Below, piece by piece: positions 1 to 9,847 of a stretch of 64,000 nucleotides of DNA. The DNA comes from Nitrospirota bacterium (GTDB lineage: Bacteria; Nitrospirota; Nitrospiria; Nitrospirales; NS-4). The first letter of the stretch is position 1. Each line of letters opens with the position of its first letter. Made by a program: the position numbers and the translations under genes. Location: contig CAWBGA010000017.1 of assembly GCA_963788195.1 (NCBI GenBank), positions 672,001 to 736,000 on the forward strand. The letters run 5' to 3'. The notes beneath the pieces are model-generated. The model did no database searches, was not told the origin of the DNA, and saw only the letters and a program-made list of their open reading frames with translations.

Positions 1-2132
1 TGCTGGGCCCGGGCAAGAAATTCCTGCGTGGTGGCGGCAAATTTGCGAAAATCGCCCCCGCTGGGATCCTGCACCTGTGCCGAAAAGCCACCGGTCGCGC
101 CCAACCCTCTAATAGCCGGCGCATTGAAGGCCAGGATCATCGCTTCGGGGATTTTCGCGAATTCTCCATACGCAGCTCCGAGCAGCGCCTTGACCTTCTG
201 ATCCGGTCGCTTGCGTTCATCCCAATGGTGAAGCGGAAGGAACATCGTTGCCTGGTTGGATCCCCGCGTGCCGAAAATAAAATTCTGACCGGCCAGCGCA
301 TCCGTACTGTGGATAACCGGATTCTGCAAAAAGTACTGTTCAAGCTTACTGAGGACGGCGTCCGTTCGCTGCAGGGAGGCGCCGTCCGGAAGCTGCACCA
401 TCGCGATGAAGTAGCCTTGATCTTCTTCCGGCAAGAAACCGGGCGGGATGATCCTAAAGAGAAAGCCGGCAAGGAGCAAAATAACCCCGAAGACGGCCAG
501 CGCTAGCAGGTAGCGCTTCAGGATGGTCTCGGACGTCGCCACATACTTGACCCGCGTCCACTCAAAACCTCGATTGAAAACGGCAAAGCCCCGATCGAGG
601 ATGCCCCCAACCCCTTTGCGGGCTTCTTCCCGTGGCTTCAACACCAGAGCGCAGAGCGCCGGGCTGAGAGTCAGCGCGACAAATCCCGAAATGGTCACGG
701 CCGTCGCGATGGTAATGGCAAATTGTTGGTAGAGTTGGCCGGTGATCCCTCCTAGAAAGGCGACCGGCACGAACACCGCGCAGAGGACTAAGACAATGGC
801 GATAATCGGCCCACTCACTTCGGTCATGGCGTTGATCGCGGCCTCCCTGCGCGGCTCTCCAGCCTCCATGTGGCGCTCTACGTTCTCTACCACGACAATG
901 GCATCGTCCACGACGATGCCGATAGCGAGGACCATGCCGAATAACGTGAGTGTATTGATCGAAAACCCGAGGGCCTCCATCCCCGCAAAGGTACCCATCA
1001 GGGAGACCGGCACGGCCACGGCTGGGATAATGGTCGCCCGCCAGCTCTGAAGGAACAAATACACCACGAGAATGACCAGGATCATTGCAATAACGAGGGT
1101 ATGAATGACCTCTTTGATCGACACTTGGATGAAGGTCGTGGGGTTATAGGGAATGTCATATCTGACGCCGGGAGGAAAGTTCTTTGTCATGCGGTCCATC
1201 TCTTGGCGGATCCGCTTGACGGTAGCCAGCGCGTTTGCCCCGGGGGAAAGAAACGCCAATAGAAAGGTTGTCGGTTTGCCTTTGAAGCGGCCTTCGAGGT
1301 CGTAGGATTGGGCGCCGAGTTCGATTTTTGCCACATCTTTGAGACGAATCATGGACCCGTCCGGGAGAGCTCTGACGATCAGCTCCTCAAACTCCTTCAC
1401 ATCGGTCAACCGACCCTGTGTGATGATTGGAATCGTCAGCTCGGTGCCCTTCGGTGCGGGCTCTCGTCCGATCGTCCCGGACGGAAAATCGCGATTCTGT
1501 TCCCGCACCACAGTAGCAATATCGCCGGGCATGAGGTTGAGCTGCGCCATGCGGACGGGGTCCAGCACCAGGCGCATGCTGTAGTTTTGTGCGCCGAAGA
1601 CCAACGCATCGCCCACGCCGGGTATGCGTTTGAGGTTGTCGATGATTTGCAGGATCGCGTAATTGGCGAGAAAGAGCGTGTCGTGCCGTGGATCAGTGGA
1701 TTCCAGCGTGATCACGGCGAGCAGATCAGGCGATTGTTTCTTGATGGTGATGCCCTGCCGTACGACCTCCGGAGGGAGCTGTGGTTCTGCGAGCTTCTCC
1801 CGGTTCTGGGTTTGCACCTGGGCGATATCGACATTCGTCCCGATTTCGAAGGTGAGGGTGATCGTCATGTGCCCGTCGTTGGTGCTCGTGGAGCTGTAAT
1901 AGAGAAGATTGTCGATCCCCGGCAGCTGCACTTCGATAGGTCGCGCCACTGCTTCTGCAACCACTTCAGCATTGGCTCCCGGATAGTCGGCATCGATCGT
2001 CACTACCGGGGGCGTGATTTCCGGAAACTGCGCGATGGGCAAGGCCTCGAGGGACACGAACCCGATCACCACAATCACGATTGAGAGGACTGCGGCGAAG
2101 ATGGGCCGTTCAATAAAGAACCGCGAGCTCAC
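1..2132 (-). CDS. RND efflux inner-membrane permease (AcrB/MexB-like), truncated by the window start
   Basis: Absent from the ORF track because there is no stop inside the window. GTG at 2132 overlaps the MFP stop and reads VSSRFFIERPIFAAVLSIVIV...QFPEITPP. Contains VVDDAIVVVENVER and, in the same frame, GFLPEEDQG. Confidence 0.93.
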   Translation of the reverse strand, partial: MSSRFFIERPIFAAVLSIVIVVIGFVSLEALPIAQFPEITPPVVTIDADYPGANAEVVAEAVARPIEVQLPGIDNLLYYSSTSTNDGHMTITLTFEIGTNVDIAQVQTQNREKLAEPQLPPEVVRQGITIKKQSPDLLAVITLESTDPRHDTLFLANYAILQIIDNLKRIPGVGDALVFGAQNYSMRLVLDPVRMAQLNLMPGDIATVVREQNRDFPSGTIGREPAPKGTELTIPIITQGRLTDVKEFEELIVRALPDGSMIRLKDVAKIELGAQSYDLEGRFKGKPTTFLLAFLSPGANALATVKRIRQEMDRMTKNFPPGVRYDIPYNPTTFIQVSIKEVIHTLVIAMILVILVVYLFLQSWRATIIPAVAVPVSLMGTFAGMEALGFSINTLTLFGMVLAIGIVVDDAIVVVENVERHMEAGEPRREAAINAMTEVSGPIIAIVLVLCAVFVPVAFLGGITGQLYQQFAITIATAVTISGFVALTLSPALCALVLKPREEARKGVGGILDRGFAVFNRGFEWTRVKYVATSETILKRYLLALAVFGVILLLAGFLFRIIPPGFLPEEDQGYFIAMVQLPDGASLQRTDAVLSKLEQYFLQNPVIHSTDALAGQNFIFGTRGSNQATMFLPLHHWDERKRPDQKVKALLGAAYGEFAKIPEAMILAFNAPAIRGLGATGGFSAQVQDPSGGDFRKFAATTQEFLARAQ

Positions 2133-3304
2133 AGGGGACTTTCTGTTTTGGGTGGAGCCGCCGGCGCTGGAGGAGACGCCTCAGGACCGGTAGCGGGGAT
2201 AGGCTTCACAGGCATCCCAGGTCCGATCCTTTGGAGTCCTTCAACGACGACTCGGTCGCCTGCGCGGAGGCCTTCCTGGACAACCCACTGATTGCCTTGC
2301 CACGCTGCCGCCTGAACGTCGCGGATTTCCACCTTGTCGCCTTCTCCCACCACAAACACGACACTCCCCTTCGGCCCTTGCTGGACGGCTTTTTGAGGGA
2401 CCAGAATGACGTCGTTCCTCACTGCTCCCAGGACCCGAAGTTTGACGAACTGCCCGGGAGACAGGGCCTTCTCGGCATTAGGGAACGTCACACGAAAGTC
2501 CCTCGTTCCTGTGGCGGTGCGGACGCCCACCTCGAGCATGTCTAACTTGCCCTCGTGCGGATACGTGCTGCCGTCGGAAAACGTGATCACCCCTTTCAAT
2601 TCGTAGAGAGTTGCACCCTCTATGCGCTTTTCCGCGCGATCCCGAAAACGTTTGAGGACGAAGGTCTCCGGCGCACTCGCGTAGACATACATAGGATCCA
2701 GTTGATGGATCGTCGTGAGAAGATCGGTCTGCGCGGCAATGAGGCGACCCTCGAAGACCTTGCTCCGCTCGACCCGCCCGGAAATCGGCGCGACGATAAG
2801 CGTATTGTCCAGGTCAAACTTGGCTTTCACGACATCGGCGTTCGCTCCTGCCAAAGCGGCCTTCGCCGCGAGCTCTTCCGCAACCGCGTCATCCACGTCT
2901 TTCTGGCTCACCGCCTGCTCAGCGAGCAGCGGCTCGACGCGCTTCTGTTGTTGCTGCGCCTGGACCAATCGCGCCTGCGCTTGGGCAACCCTAGCCTTCG
3001 CGCTGAGATAGGCGGCCTGGAACGGGACGGGGTCGATCTGGTAGAGGCGCTCGCCTTTCTTGACATCACGGCCTTCCGAGAAAAAGCGCTCCTTGAGAAT
3101 GCCCGTCACTTGAGCTCGGATCTCTACTGGACGCGAAGACTCGGTTTGGCCGATAAACTCCGGCGAGTCCGGGATCGTCTGCGGCGTGACCGTGATGATC
3201 TGGACCTCCGGAGCTTGCTGTGCGGGAGCAGACGCCGACTCCTTCTTGCAGGCGAGCAGCGCCGCGAAGCACAGGCACGCGAAGAGCGTTCTTGTCAGTG
3301 TCAT
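2129..3304 (-). CDS. RND periplasmic adaptor (MFP, AcrA-like) lipoprotein
   Basis: Lipobox LLAC; motifs VEIRAQVTGIL, LYQIDP, APISGR, GLRAGDRVVVEG; adjacent to the RND permease. Confidence 0.93.
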   Translation of the reverse strand: MTLTRTLFACLCFAALLACKKESASAPAQQAPEVQIITVTPQTIPDSPEFIGQTESSRPVEIRAQVTGILKERFFSEGRDVKKGERLYQIDPVPFQAAYLSAKARVAQAQARLVQAQQQQKRVEPLLAEQAVSQKDVDDAVAEELAAKAALAGANADVVKAKFDLDNTLIVAPISGRVERSKVFEGRLIAAQTDLLTTIHQLDPMYVYASAPETFVLKRFRDRAEKRIEGATLYELKGVITFSDGSTYPHEGKLDMLEVGVRTATGTRDFRVTFPNAEKALSPGQFVKLRVLGAVRNDVILVPQKAVQQGPKGSVVFVVGEGDKVEIRDVQAAAWQGNQWVVQEGLRAGDRVVVEGLQRIGPGMPVKPIPATGPEASPPAPAAPPKTESPL

Positions 3305-3385
3305 GGTCGGTTCACGCGGGCTATACTCGCATGCGAACTAAACAAATGTAAACTCCACTTACGTAAATTACAGAAACACATCATT

Positions 3386-4336
3386 TCAAACTCCCACTTT
3401 TTCCGTTAATTCCGTGAGCGGATAATTGCTGGCCCGCCAACTATCAACCCCTCCGACCAGCGGCCGGACCCGCTTGATGCCTCTCCGCTTGAGCCTCACC
3501 GCCATCTGCGCGCTCGTGACCTCGTTCGGACAGGCGCAATACAGGATCACATCACGATCCCGTGGAATTTCATGATGGCGAAGCTCTAATTCTTCGACTG
3601 CTATTTGAAGCGAACCGGGAATCGTATAGGGATCGGCAGTCCGATCGACCGGCCCTCGCAGATCCACAATCATCACCTCGCACCCGGTATCCATCAACTC
3701 CTTGAGCTCGTCGACGGTGATCCGGGCAATGCGCAATTCGCGAAGCAGGCGAATGCGCTTGACGTACTTATACATGATATACAGCGCCAGGGCGGCCACA
3801 GCCAGCACGAGCGCGGAACTTCCAAACTGGTCGGCATAGTCGGCGAGACGCTCGATCTGGTTTGAAAACAGGTAGCCCGGCAGGATAAACGCAAGGATCC
3901 ATAGAAGCGCGCCGAGGCCGTTGTACAGCAAAAATTGCCCCAGGCTGATTTTGAACAGCCCGGCCAGGGCAGGGGTCACGGTGCTCAGACCGGGAAGAAA
4001 CTTTGCGATGACAAGGGATTTCGTCCCGTACTGGACGAAAAAGTTCTCCGTGCGGCGCACGCACGAATCCGGCTCGAGCGAGATGCGGCACAGAAGGCCC
4101 AGCACGCGCGCCCCCCGGTAACGCCCCAGATAATACCAGAGCAGGTCTCCCAACAGGCACGCGCCGAGCGCCAATCCGATGGCCAGTGGAAGGCTCATGT
4201 TCCCGGCGCCGGCAAGCGCGCCGGCCGCGAGCAGCACCGGGCCCGCCGGAATAGGAAGCCCTACCTGCTCGGCAAGGACGACAGCAAAGAGAACAAGCAG
4301 GCCGTAGGTAATGAGAAACTGGGTCACGTCATCCAT
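3386..4336 (-). CDS. DedA-family membrane protein with C-terminal rhodanese domain
   Basis: DedA motifs (EQVGLPIP, GDLLWYYLGR, AKFLPGL) followed by rhodanese-like IVDLR...IPGS...ILYCACPNE...LVGGVDSW. Confidence 0.88.
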   Translation of the reverse strand: MDDVTQFLITYGLLVLFAVVLAEQVGLPIPAGPVLLAAGALAGAGNMSLPLAIGLALGACLLGDLLWYYLGRYRGARVLGLLCRISLEPDSCVRRTENFFVQYGTKSLVIAKFLPGLSTVTPALAGLFKISLGQFLLYNGLGALLWILAFILPGYLFSNQIERLADYADQFGSSALVLAVAALALYIMYKYVKRIRLLRELRIARITVDELKELMDTGCEVMIVDLRGPVDRTADPYTIPGSLQIAVEELELRHHEIPRDRDVILYCACPNEVTSAQMAVRLKRRGIKRVRPLVGGVDSWRASNYPLTELTEKVGV

Positions 4337-4348
4337 GGTGATCTCTTA

Positions 4349-4813
4349 TCACAGCCGTTCCTCTTCCAAGTCGTACACATCAAACCAGCGATACACAACG
4401 CGGTTACGCGGGACTGAGACGGCAATGTAGTCCTCCATGTATTCCTGCAATTCAGGCGACAGGTCGCTCAACCGCAGGTCACGTTCCTTATTATTCCAGA
4501 TCACAATGTCGGCACGCGAGCGTTTCTTGGCGTGTTCACCAATCCACGCGGCCACCTCTTCGTCAGTTGCGCCCGTGGCGACAAACGACCTGTACTGATC
4601 ATAGTTGATTTCGGCGAACTTGAGCCACCGCTGATCGAGGGGGCAGTTGGAGTGGTATTCTCCCTGCCACCCGGCGAGGACGGCGCGACACTTGTCCAAC
4701 GCGCGAGCGGCGAGCACGTACCCGCCGAGTACTGCACGGGGGCTGCGCGGAAATTCTTTGCCGTTGCGCAGGTCGCGGGCGAGCAGTTTTACTTTTTCCA
4801 AGTTTTCTGTCAC
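4349..4813 (-). CDS. DUF5069-like hypothetical protein
   Basis: PRSPRAVLGGYVLAARALDKCRA...GEYHSNCPLD. Start reassigned to GTG 4813, which follows an AAGGAG RBS. Confidence 0.7.
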   Translation of the reverse strand: MTENLEKVKLLARDLRNGKEFPRSPRAVLGGYVLAARALDKCRAVLAGWQGEYHSNCPLDQRWLKFAEINYDQYRSFVATGATDEEVAAWIGEHAKKRSRADIVIWNNKERDLRLSDLSPELQEYMEDYIAVSVPRNRVVYRWFDVYDLEEERL

Positions 4814-4838
4814 GGCCGTCTCCTTTTGAGGGCTCCGA

Positions 4839-5114
4839 TCATCCAGCCCGCATGATCCCTTCCACAATACACTTGTTCAGACAACCCGTCGCCACCAGCG
4901 TGGCTCCTTCCCGATACATTTCCTGGAGGAGGTCTTTGCCTTCCTGATCAATGAACGTGACCGAAGACAGCTCCACACGGGCCCCGGAGACCCCTTGCGC
5001 GGCAGCATTGGACTGCCAAAAGGATTTAAGCTCCTTGACCCAGAGTCCTGCAAGCTTGCCTTCGAGTTCGAGGACGACGACGTCGGCTTCGACCCGGGTG
5101 GTGATTTTTAGCAT
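4839..5114 (-). CDS. Small STAS-like protein
   Basis: MLKIT...LELEGKLAGLWVKEL...VELSSVTFIDQEG; paralogous to 8905..9237 and 11046..11312. Confidence 0.8.
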   Translation of the reverse strand: MLKITTRVEADVVVLELEGKLAGLWVKELKSFWQSNAAAQGVSGARVELSSVTFIDQEGKDLLQEMYREGATLVATGCLNKCIVEGIMRAG

Positions 5115-5320
5115 TAACGGGTCGGCCTGGCTGATCTATTACGTAGAATTACCGCATCGAGTAAGTCTCCACACGCGATACAGCGCCAGGCCTCCGAGTG
5201 CAATTGCGTATCGTACAGATCATAGAGTCGGTCCCTTACGAGCAAACCTTTGCAGCGACGGCATCTCATCGTTATGCTCCTTTCAATTGCTGTTCGTGAA
5301 TACGATCCTGTGTCCCAGGC

Positions 5321-6073
5321 TCACATCACCACGCCGCCACTGGCATGGATGTTTTGACCAGTGAGCCAGCGTGCTTGGTCACTCACGATGAACGCGACCA
5401 CATCGGCGATATCCTCTGCAGTTCCTAATCGCTTGAGCGGGGACATCTGCGCGCCCGTGTCGCGAAATGCATCGGGCAACATGTCCGTTTCCGTGAATCC
5501 TGGCGACACGGTGTTGACAGTGACACCCTTGGATGCCAGTTCATAGGCGAGCCCTTTGGTAAACTGCTCAAGCGCGGCTTTGCTTCCCAGATAGGCCGTT
5601 ACACCAGCGAAACCCATGTGGGTTCCGTCAGTCGAAATGTTCACGATGCGGCCACCGTCTTCGATCATTTTCGCGGCTTCCTGCATTGCGAAATACGGAC
5701 CCTTGGTGTTCAGGGCAACGATCTGATCGAATTCCTGCTCGGTCGTTTCGACCAACGGCTTAAAGATGGCCATGCCGGCATTGTTCACCAAGATGTCGAG
5801 TCGCCCATAGCGATCCACCGTTTCGCGGATCAGGCGACGCACGTCCGCGATCTTGCTCATGTCGGCCTGAATCGCAACCGCCTTGCCGCCTTTTGATTCG
5901 ATTCCAGCGACGACTGCCTTCGCCTTGTCCGCACTCTTTCCATAATTCACCACGACCGTGGCTCCCTGCTGAGCAAGCCGTTCCGCAATCGCACGTCCAA
6001 TCCCAGACGAAGCCCCGGTGACGACGGCAATCTTTTCAGTTAGCGAACCCAATTTCTTCTCCCCTTTCTCCAT
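5321..6073 (-). CDS. Short-chain dehydrogenase/reductase (SDR)
   Basis: TGASSGIG, NNAG and catalytic YLGSK (YxxxK) motifs. Confidence 0.93.
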   Translation of the reverse strand: MEKGEKKLGSLTEKIAVVTGASSGIGRAIAERLAQQGATVVVNYGKSADKAKAVVAGIESKGGKAVAIQADMSKIADVRRLIRETVDRYGRLDILVNNAGMAIFKPLVETTEQEFDQIVALNTKGPYFAMQEAAKMIEDGGRIVNISTDGTHMGFAGVTAYLGSKAALEQFTKGLAYELASKGVTVNTVSPGFTETDMLPDAFRDTGAQMSPLKRLGTAEDIADVVAFIVSDQARWLTGQNIHASGGVVM

Positions 6074-6092
6074 TGTTGCTTCTCAGCCTTTC

Positions 6093-6713
6093 CTAGGAAC
6101 GCTCTGCACGGACAACCGGCATATCGACGAGGTGCTCCGCCAGGAACCACACTTGAAGTTCGTTGGTGCGGATCACATCGCTCACCAGCAGATCATTCGT
6201 TCCGTCGTCGAGCGCCGTCGCCACTTGTCGCGCTGCCGCTCGGGCTTCCTTCAAAATGATTTCATGGGCCTCCAACAATCGGGAGATCTGCACGGGAGCC
6301 GCCTCCCGACCTCGGGGCGGGCGCGGGATAACGGTAGTTTCCGCGATGTCCGCCGCCATGGCGATACTGACCCCGCCCAGGAGCTGGATCCGCTCAGCGA
6401 TCGCATCCACGAGTTCCACCTGTTCGTCGTGGTGTTTGTCGAACAGCAGGTGCAACTGATAAAAGGTTTTCCCCGCGACCTGCCAGTGATGTTTCTTGTA
6501 CATGTCACGCAGGGTCATGGTATCTGCCAGGAGCTGATTCAGCAGTTCCACGCTGGCTGCACAGGCCGATTCCTCAAGGGCGATTGGCAGTTTGTAGATC
6601 GTGCCGTACGGCTGAATTTCTTGTGCATGGTGATGAAGCATCGGCCGGGCGCCGTTAGTCTCCCGCGGGCTCTTGCTTACTGTCAGGTTCTGGTCAGCAG
6701 TCTTCGTGGTCAT
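6093..6713 (-). CDS. dps: Dps (DNA protection during starvation, ferritin-like)
   Basis: KKHHWQVAGKTFYQLHLLFD...DAIAERIQLLGG ferroxidase signature. Confidence 0.92.
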   Translation of the reverse strand: MTTKTADQNLTVSKSPRETNGARPMLHHHAQEIQPYGTIYKLPIALEESACAASVELLNQLLADTMTLRDMYKKHHWQVAGKTFYQLHLLFDKHHDEQVELVDAIAERIQLLGGVSIAMAADIAETTVIPRPPRGREAAPVQISRLLEAHEIILKEARAAARQVATALDDGTNDLLVSDVIRTNELQVWFLAEHLVDMPVVRAERS

Positions 6714-6741
6714 ACTCCTCCTCCTATTTACCTGCGTCTTC

Positions 6742-6930
6742 TCAGTTCTTAACTGTCCCGAATCGTCTCATCACACGACCCAGGGACTGTTCATTCGCCA
6801 CATAGAACACTACAGACACATCCTTCTCGCTGCACGGGACGTCACCTTTCCCAATGGCTTCATTTTGAAGACCAGCAGGAAGTTTAAGTCCCGCACAGGT
6901 TCCGTCTGCCAAGGCAAAGGTCATATTCAT
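6742..6930 (-). CDS. Small hypothetical protein, first ORF after sigma-54 promoter P1
   Basis: 62-aa ORF with a GAGGAGG RBS upstream; no recognisable motif. Confidence 0.35.
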   Translation of the reverse strand: MNMTFALADGTCAGLKLPAGLQNEAIGKGDVPCSEKDVSVVFYVANEQSLGRVMRRFGTVKN

Positions 6931-6971
6931 CGACTTTCCCTCCTCACGTCTCTGTCATGGCTCCATTCATC

Positions 6972-7130
6972 GCAATCCCTGTTCCATCCGCGCCGCCGAT
7001 ATGGTGAGAGGCGCAAAGTCTATGAAACTACGGATGGTTTTATTGCCAGCGAGCTTGTGGTTCCGCTCCAAAGAGAGAAGGTGCCGACAGCACTGTGCCG
7101 AGATATCGGCGCTGTGCCGAAGTGGCGGCC
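6972..7130 (-). promoter_or_regulatory. Sigma-54 promoter P1 with tandem enhancer palindromes (upstream of dps-SDR-STAS-DUF5069-DedA-RND)
   Basis: Minus strand TGGAAC-AGGGA-TTGC at 6972-6986. Palindromes TGCCGAGATATCGGCG (7096-7111) and TGCCGAAGTGGCGGCC (7115-7130). Confidence 0.8.
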
Positions 7131-7448
7131 ATCGAAAACCTGGTAGAAGCTCCTAAAGCAGTATTACTTCAGGGGGAGATGCCGAGCTTTTGCACCCAAA
7201 TTCTGACATACGGAGTTTTACTTGCCATTGGCCCGCAAGAAGAGGAAGTAGCCGATTTTTCTAGGCTCTCGGCAAGCGATCAGCCCACGCCCACCAAGGG
7301 CACCGATGGAAAAGTTTACAGTGCAGCACAAGAAAGTATTTCGGCTTCTGGAAAATCAATGGATTGCAAGGTTGCATGAGAATTGCTTTCTTCAGTTTGG
7401 GGGAAAGTATTTTACTAATTACGGGTGGGTCGTTAATGGAGGTTCCCG

Positions 7449-8345
7449 ATGAATCGAATTATCCTTGGTTTGACTATCATGGTTCTGGTCTGTGCCACGC
7501 CGATGCAGGCAAAGGCGGAAAGCATTCTTGCACTGACCACGACGAATAGTCTCCTGTCATTCGAGAGCAGCACGCCAGGCACCGTGAATTCTATTGGTCC
7601 TGTCACTGGTCTGCAGGCGAGCGAATCATTGTTGGGTATCGATTTTCGTCCGGCGAACCTGCAACTCTATGGGCTCGGTAGCAGCAACCGTCTGTACACG
7701 ATTAATACCGTAACAGGAGCGGCAACTCAGGTCGGAAGTGCCGGCGCCTTTACGCTCAATGGGTTTGATTTTGGGTTCGATTTCAACCCCACAGTAGATC
7801 GGATTCGGGTGACGAGTGATTTGGATCAAAACCTAAGGCTAAATCCAAACGACGGTACGCTTACAGCAACGGATACTATGCTCGCGTACGCCGCCGGCGA
7901 TCCCAACTTTGGGGGAAATCCAGTCATCGTGGGCTCGGCCTATACGAACAACTTTGCGGGTGCCAGTTCGACTGTCTTGTACGGGATCGACTCTGCTCTA
8001 GGCATCCTCGCCACACAGAACCCACCGAACAGCGGCACACTCAACACAATCGGCGGACTGGGCGCAGGTGACATCTCAAGCGGACTCGTCGGCTTCGATA
8101 TTTCCGGACTATCCGGCACGGCCTTTGCGTCGCTGACGGCAGATGCAGCAAACACCTCCCAGCTGTATACGATAAATTTGGGCAGTGGCGCGGCGACTCT
8201 TATCGGGACTATTGGAGGAGGCACTACGATCCGAGGTTTGTCCGTCGCCTCAGCCGCAGTTCCGGAGCCGGCTACAATTATTCTGCTTGCCAGCGGATTA
8301 CTCGCAGTCGCTGCCCGAGCTGTATCCAGACGGCGCAAAAGCTGA
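7449..8345 (+). CDS. Secreted DUF4394-like protein with PEP-CTERM sorting signal
   Basis: Signal peptide; LLGIDFRPA, GFDFNPTVDRIRV, AYTNNFAG; C-terminal VPEPATIILLASGLLAVAARAVSRRRKS. Confidence 0.88.
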   Translation: MNRIILGLTIMVLVCATPMQAKAESILALTTTNSLLSFESSTPGTVNSIGPVTGLQASESLLGIDFRPANLQLYGLGSSNRLYTINTVTGAATQVGSAGAFTLNGFDFGFDFNPTVDRIRVTSDLDQNLRLNPNDGTLTATDTMLAYAAGDPNFGGNPVIVGSAYTNNFAGASSTVLYGIDSALGILATQNPPNSGTLNTIGGLGAGDISSGLVGFDISGLSGTAFASLTADAANTSQLYTINLGSGAATLIGTIGGGTTIRGLSVASAAVPEPATIILLASGLLAVAARAVSRRRKS

Positions 8346-8467
8346 CGAGAGACGGCAGTTCTCTTAAATGACCCGAGTTTCTCTAAACTCCGGTCTCGCA
8401 CAGTTCCAGCTTCATCTGAGTTTCCTCATTTGAAAACGGAGGGCCTGTGCGAAAGGTGCTTCGCGAA

Positions 8468-8746
8468 TCACTGGCAGCGCGTCCTTGCTCTCACCAGCGT
8501 CCAGACTGTGATGGCGACCACGCCGACAAGGCCCAAGACATATGACCACGCGGCCAGGTAGAGCGCGCGCATGGTACCAGCGAAATCCGTATCAAGAGCT
8601 AGGTTCGACCCGAACAACGCAAGAACAGCACTGAGTAACAGCAGTCCTGTAACAACTCCAATTTCCCACCTAAAGCTTTTCAACACGCAGTTCCACCAAC
8701 TTATGCTGTGCTGAGATTCCATTGCGGCTTCCTCCTTCCCGCACAT
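8468..8746 (-). CDS. Small two-TM hypothetical membrane protein
   Basis: Two hydrophobic segments. An alternative start at MESQH follows a GGAGG RBS. Confidence 0.55.
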   Translation of the reverse strand: MCGKEEAAMESQHSISWWNCVLKSFRWEIGVVTGLLLLSAVLALFGSNLALDTDFAGTMRALYLAAWSYVLGLVGVVAITVWTLVRARTRCQ

Positions 8747-8771
8747 GCGACATACGGCGCTTTAGCAAACA

Positions 8772-8888
8772 TCAATTCTTCCGTTCCCCTGTTCGGGCAA
8801 CGGTTCTTGCATTGATCACATCGTAGAGAATCATGGACAGGCCGACTAGGATCATCAACGAAAAGATGATCTCTTGAACGGATCTCAT
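8772..8888 (-). CDS. 38-aa single-TM peptide (copy 1)
   Basis: MRSVQEIIFSLMILVGLSMILYDVINART with an AAGGAGG RBS; homologue at 18904..19053. Confidence 0.65.
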   Translation of the reverse strand: MRSVQEIIFSLMILVGLSMILYDVINARTVARTGERKN

Positions 8889-8904
8889 GGCGTCCTCCTT
8901 TGCA

Positions 8905-9237
8905 TCAGCGCCGGGCCGCGAGAACCACCCGCCGATAGCTCGGGTCCCTAGTCCAACTCGCGACACTTTCAGATCTGTCCCTCACAGCCTCCTTGGCCGG
9001 ACCCATCCACGCTGCACTCTCCTTCTTGATCACATCTTGCAGCAGGGCTTCAGCCAGGCAACCGACAGCGAAAACTTCGGCTCCTGAGCGGTAGATTGGG
9101 GCGACCACATGAACAGAGCCAGCCCGCTCGGCCAGATACCAAACCCTTTCAAGTTCGTCCACCCATGGACCGACCAGCTTGCCGTCAAGCTCCAGGACAG
9201 TCCTCTTTCCGTTATCGTGAGACGTGATTTTCAACAT
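8905..9237 (-). CDS. STAS-like protein, apparently missing the central segment
   Basis: Aligns to 4839..5114 at both ends (MLKIT..LELDGKLVGPWVDEL; YRSGAEVFAVGCL) but lacks the LSSVTFIDQEGKDLL stretch. Confidence 0.65.
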   Translation of the reverse strand: MLKITSHDNGKRTVLELDGKLVGPWVDELERVWYLAERAGSVHVVAPIYRSGAEVFAVGCLAEALLQDVIKKESAAWMGPAKEAVRDRSESVASWTRDPSYRRVVLAARR

Positions 9238-9263
9238 GTCCTATTCCTCACTCAAAAAGTGGA

Positions 9264-9421
9264 GCAAAGGCTGTTCCAAAGAGTGGCCGAAATTAAACCC
9301 GTCACTTAACTGCTTGAAGGATCGAGCTTCTGGTCTCGACAGCCGTCGAGATCGCTGATTGAGATTCCATGGGTAAGCGATGCGCTATGCCGATATCTCG
9401 GCAACTGCCCAACCCTCGGCA
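9264..9421 (-). promoter_or_regulatory. Sigma-54 promoter P2 with IHF-like site and tandem enhancer
   Basis: TGGAAC-AGCCT-TTGC at 9264-9278. IHF-like CTTCAAGCAGTTA at 9307-9319. TGCCGATATCTCGGCA (9388-9403) and TGCCCAACCCTCGGCA (9406-9421). Confidence 0.87.
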
Positions 9422-9556
9422 CGGCAGTAGCCGATAAGTACTGATATGACTAATCGAAGGACTTGAGTTTTTCAGTAACTTGAAGTCGACTGCAGCCTAC
9501 GCACGAATTGGAACGCCGATTGGCGTTACTTCAAGAAATGACCGCAGGAGTCTCGT

Positions 9557-9748
9557 CTAATCTATTGTTCTCTTCCGTGCTCCGAACGCCACCCAGGCTG
9601 GAACATCGGCAAGAAGTTCATGAGGCACCCAGCCCTCAACATATCCCTTACCGTTACATTGGACACAAAAGGAGTGGCTCGATCCTGAGGGTCGACAGAC
9701 GCACCTGACTAAAATCTCTATCTGCTCGCGAGCCACCTGATTTCCCAT
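9557..9748 (-). CDS. Small Cys-rich (Zn-ribbon-like) protein
   Basis: CVC...CVQCNGKGY pattern; a conserved partial copy at 19982..20113 supports coding status. Confidence 0.6.
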   Translation of the reverse strand: MGNQVAREQIEILVRCVCRPSGSSHSFCVQCNGKGYVEGWVPHELLADVPAWVAFGARKRTID

Positions 9749-9847
9749 TTAGTTGATTCCTTACCTCGCTCAGCACACAGTGCCAAACGACCCGAAATTA
9801 TGCCGGACAGCGCGCTACTAATAGACGTACTGATTGCACGCGCATAC

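Noticed and set aside
9241..9425. Repeated intergenic blocks as MITEs or structured ncRNAs
   Set aside because: No terminal inverted repeats or target duplications were seen. The best-conserved parts are the sigma-54, IHF-like and palindromic sites at fixed spacing, which fits promoters better.
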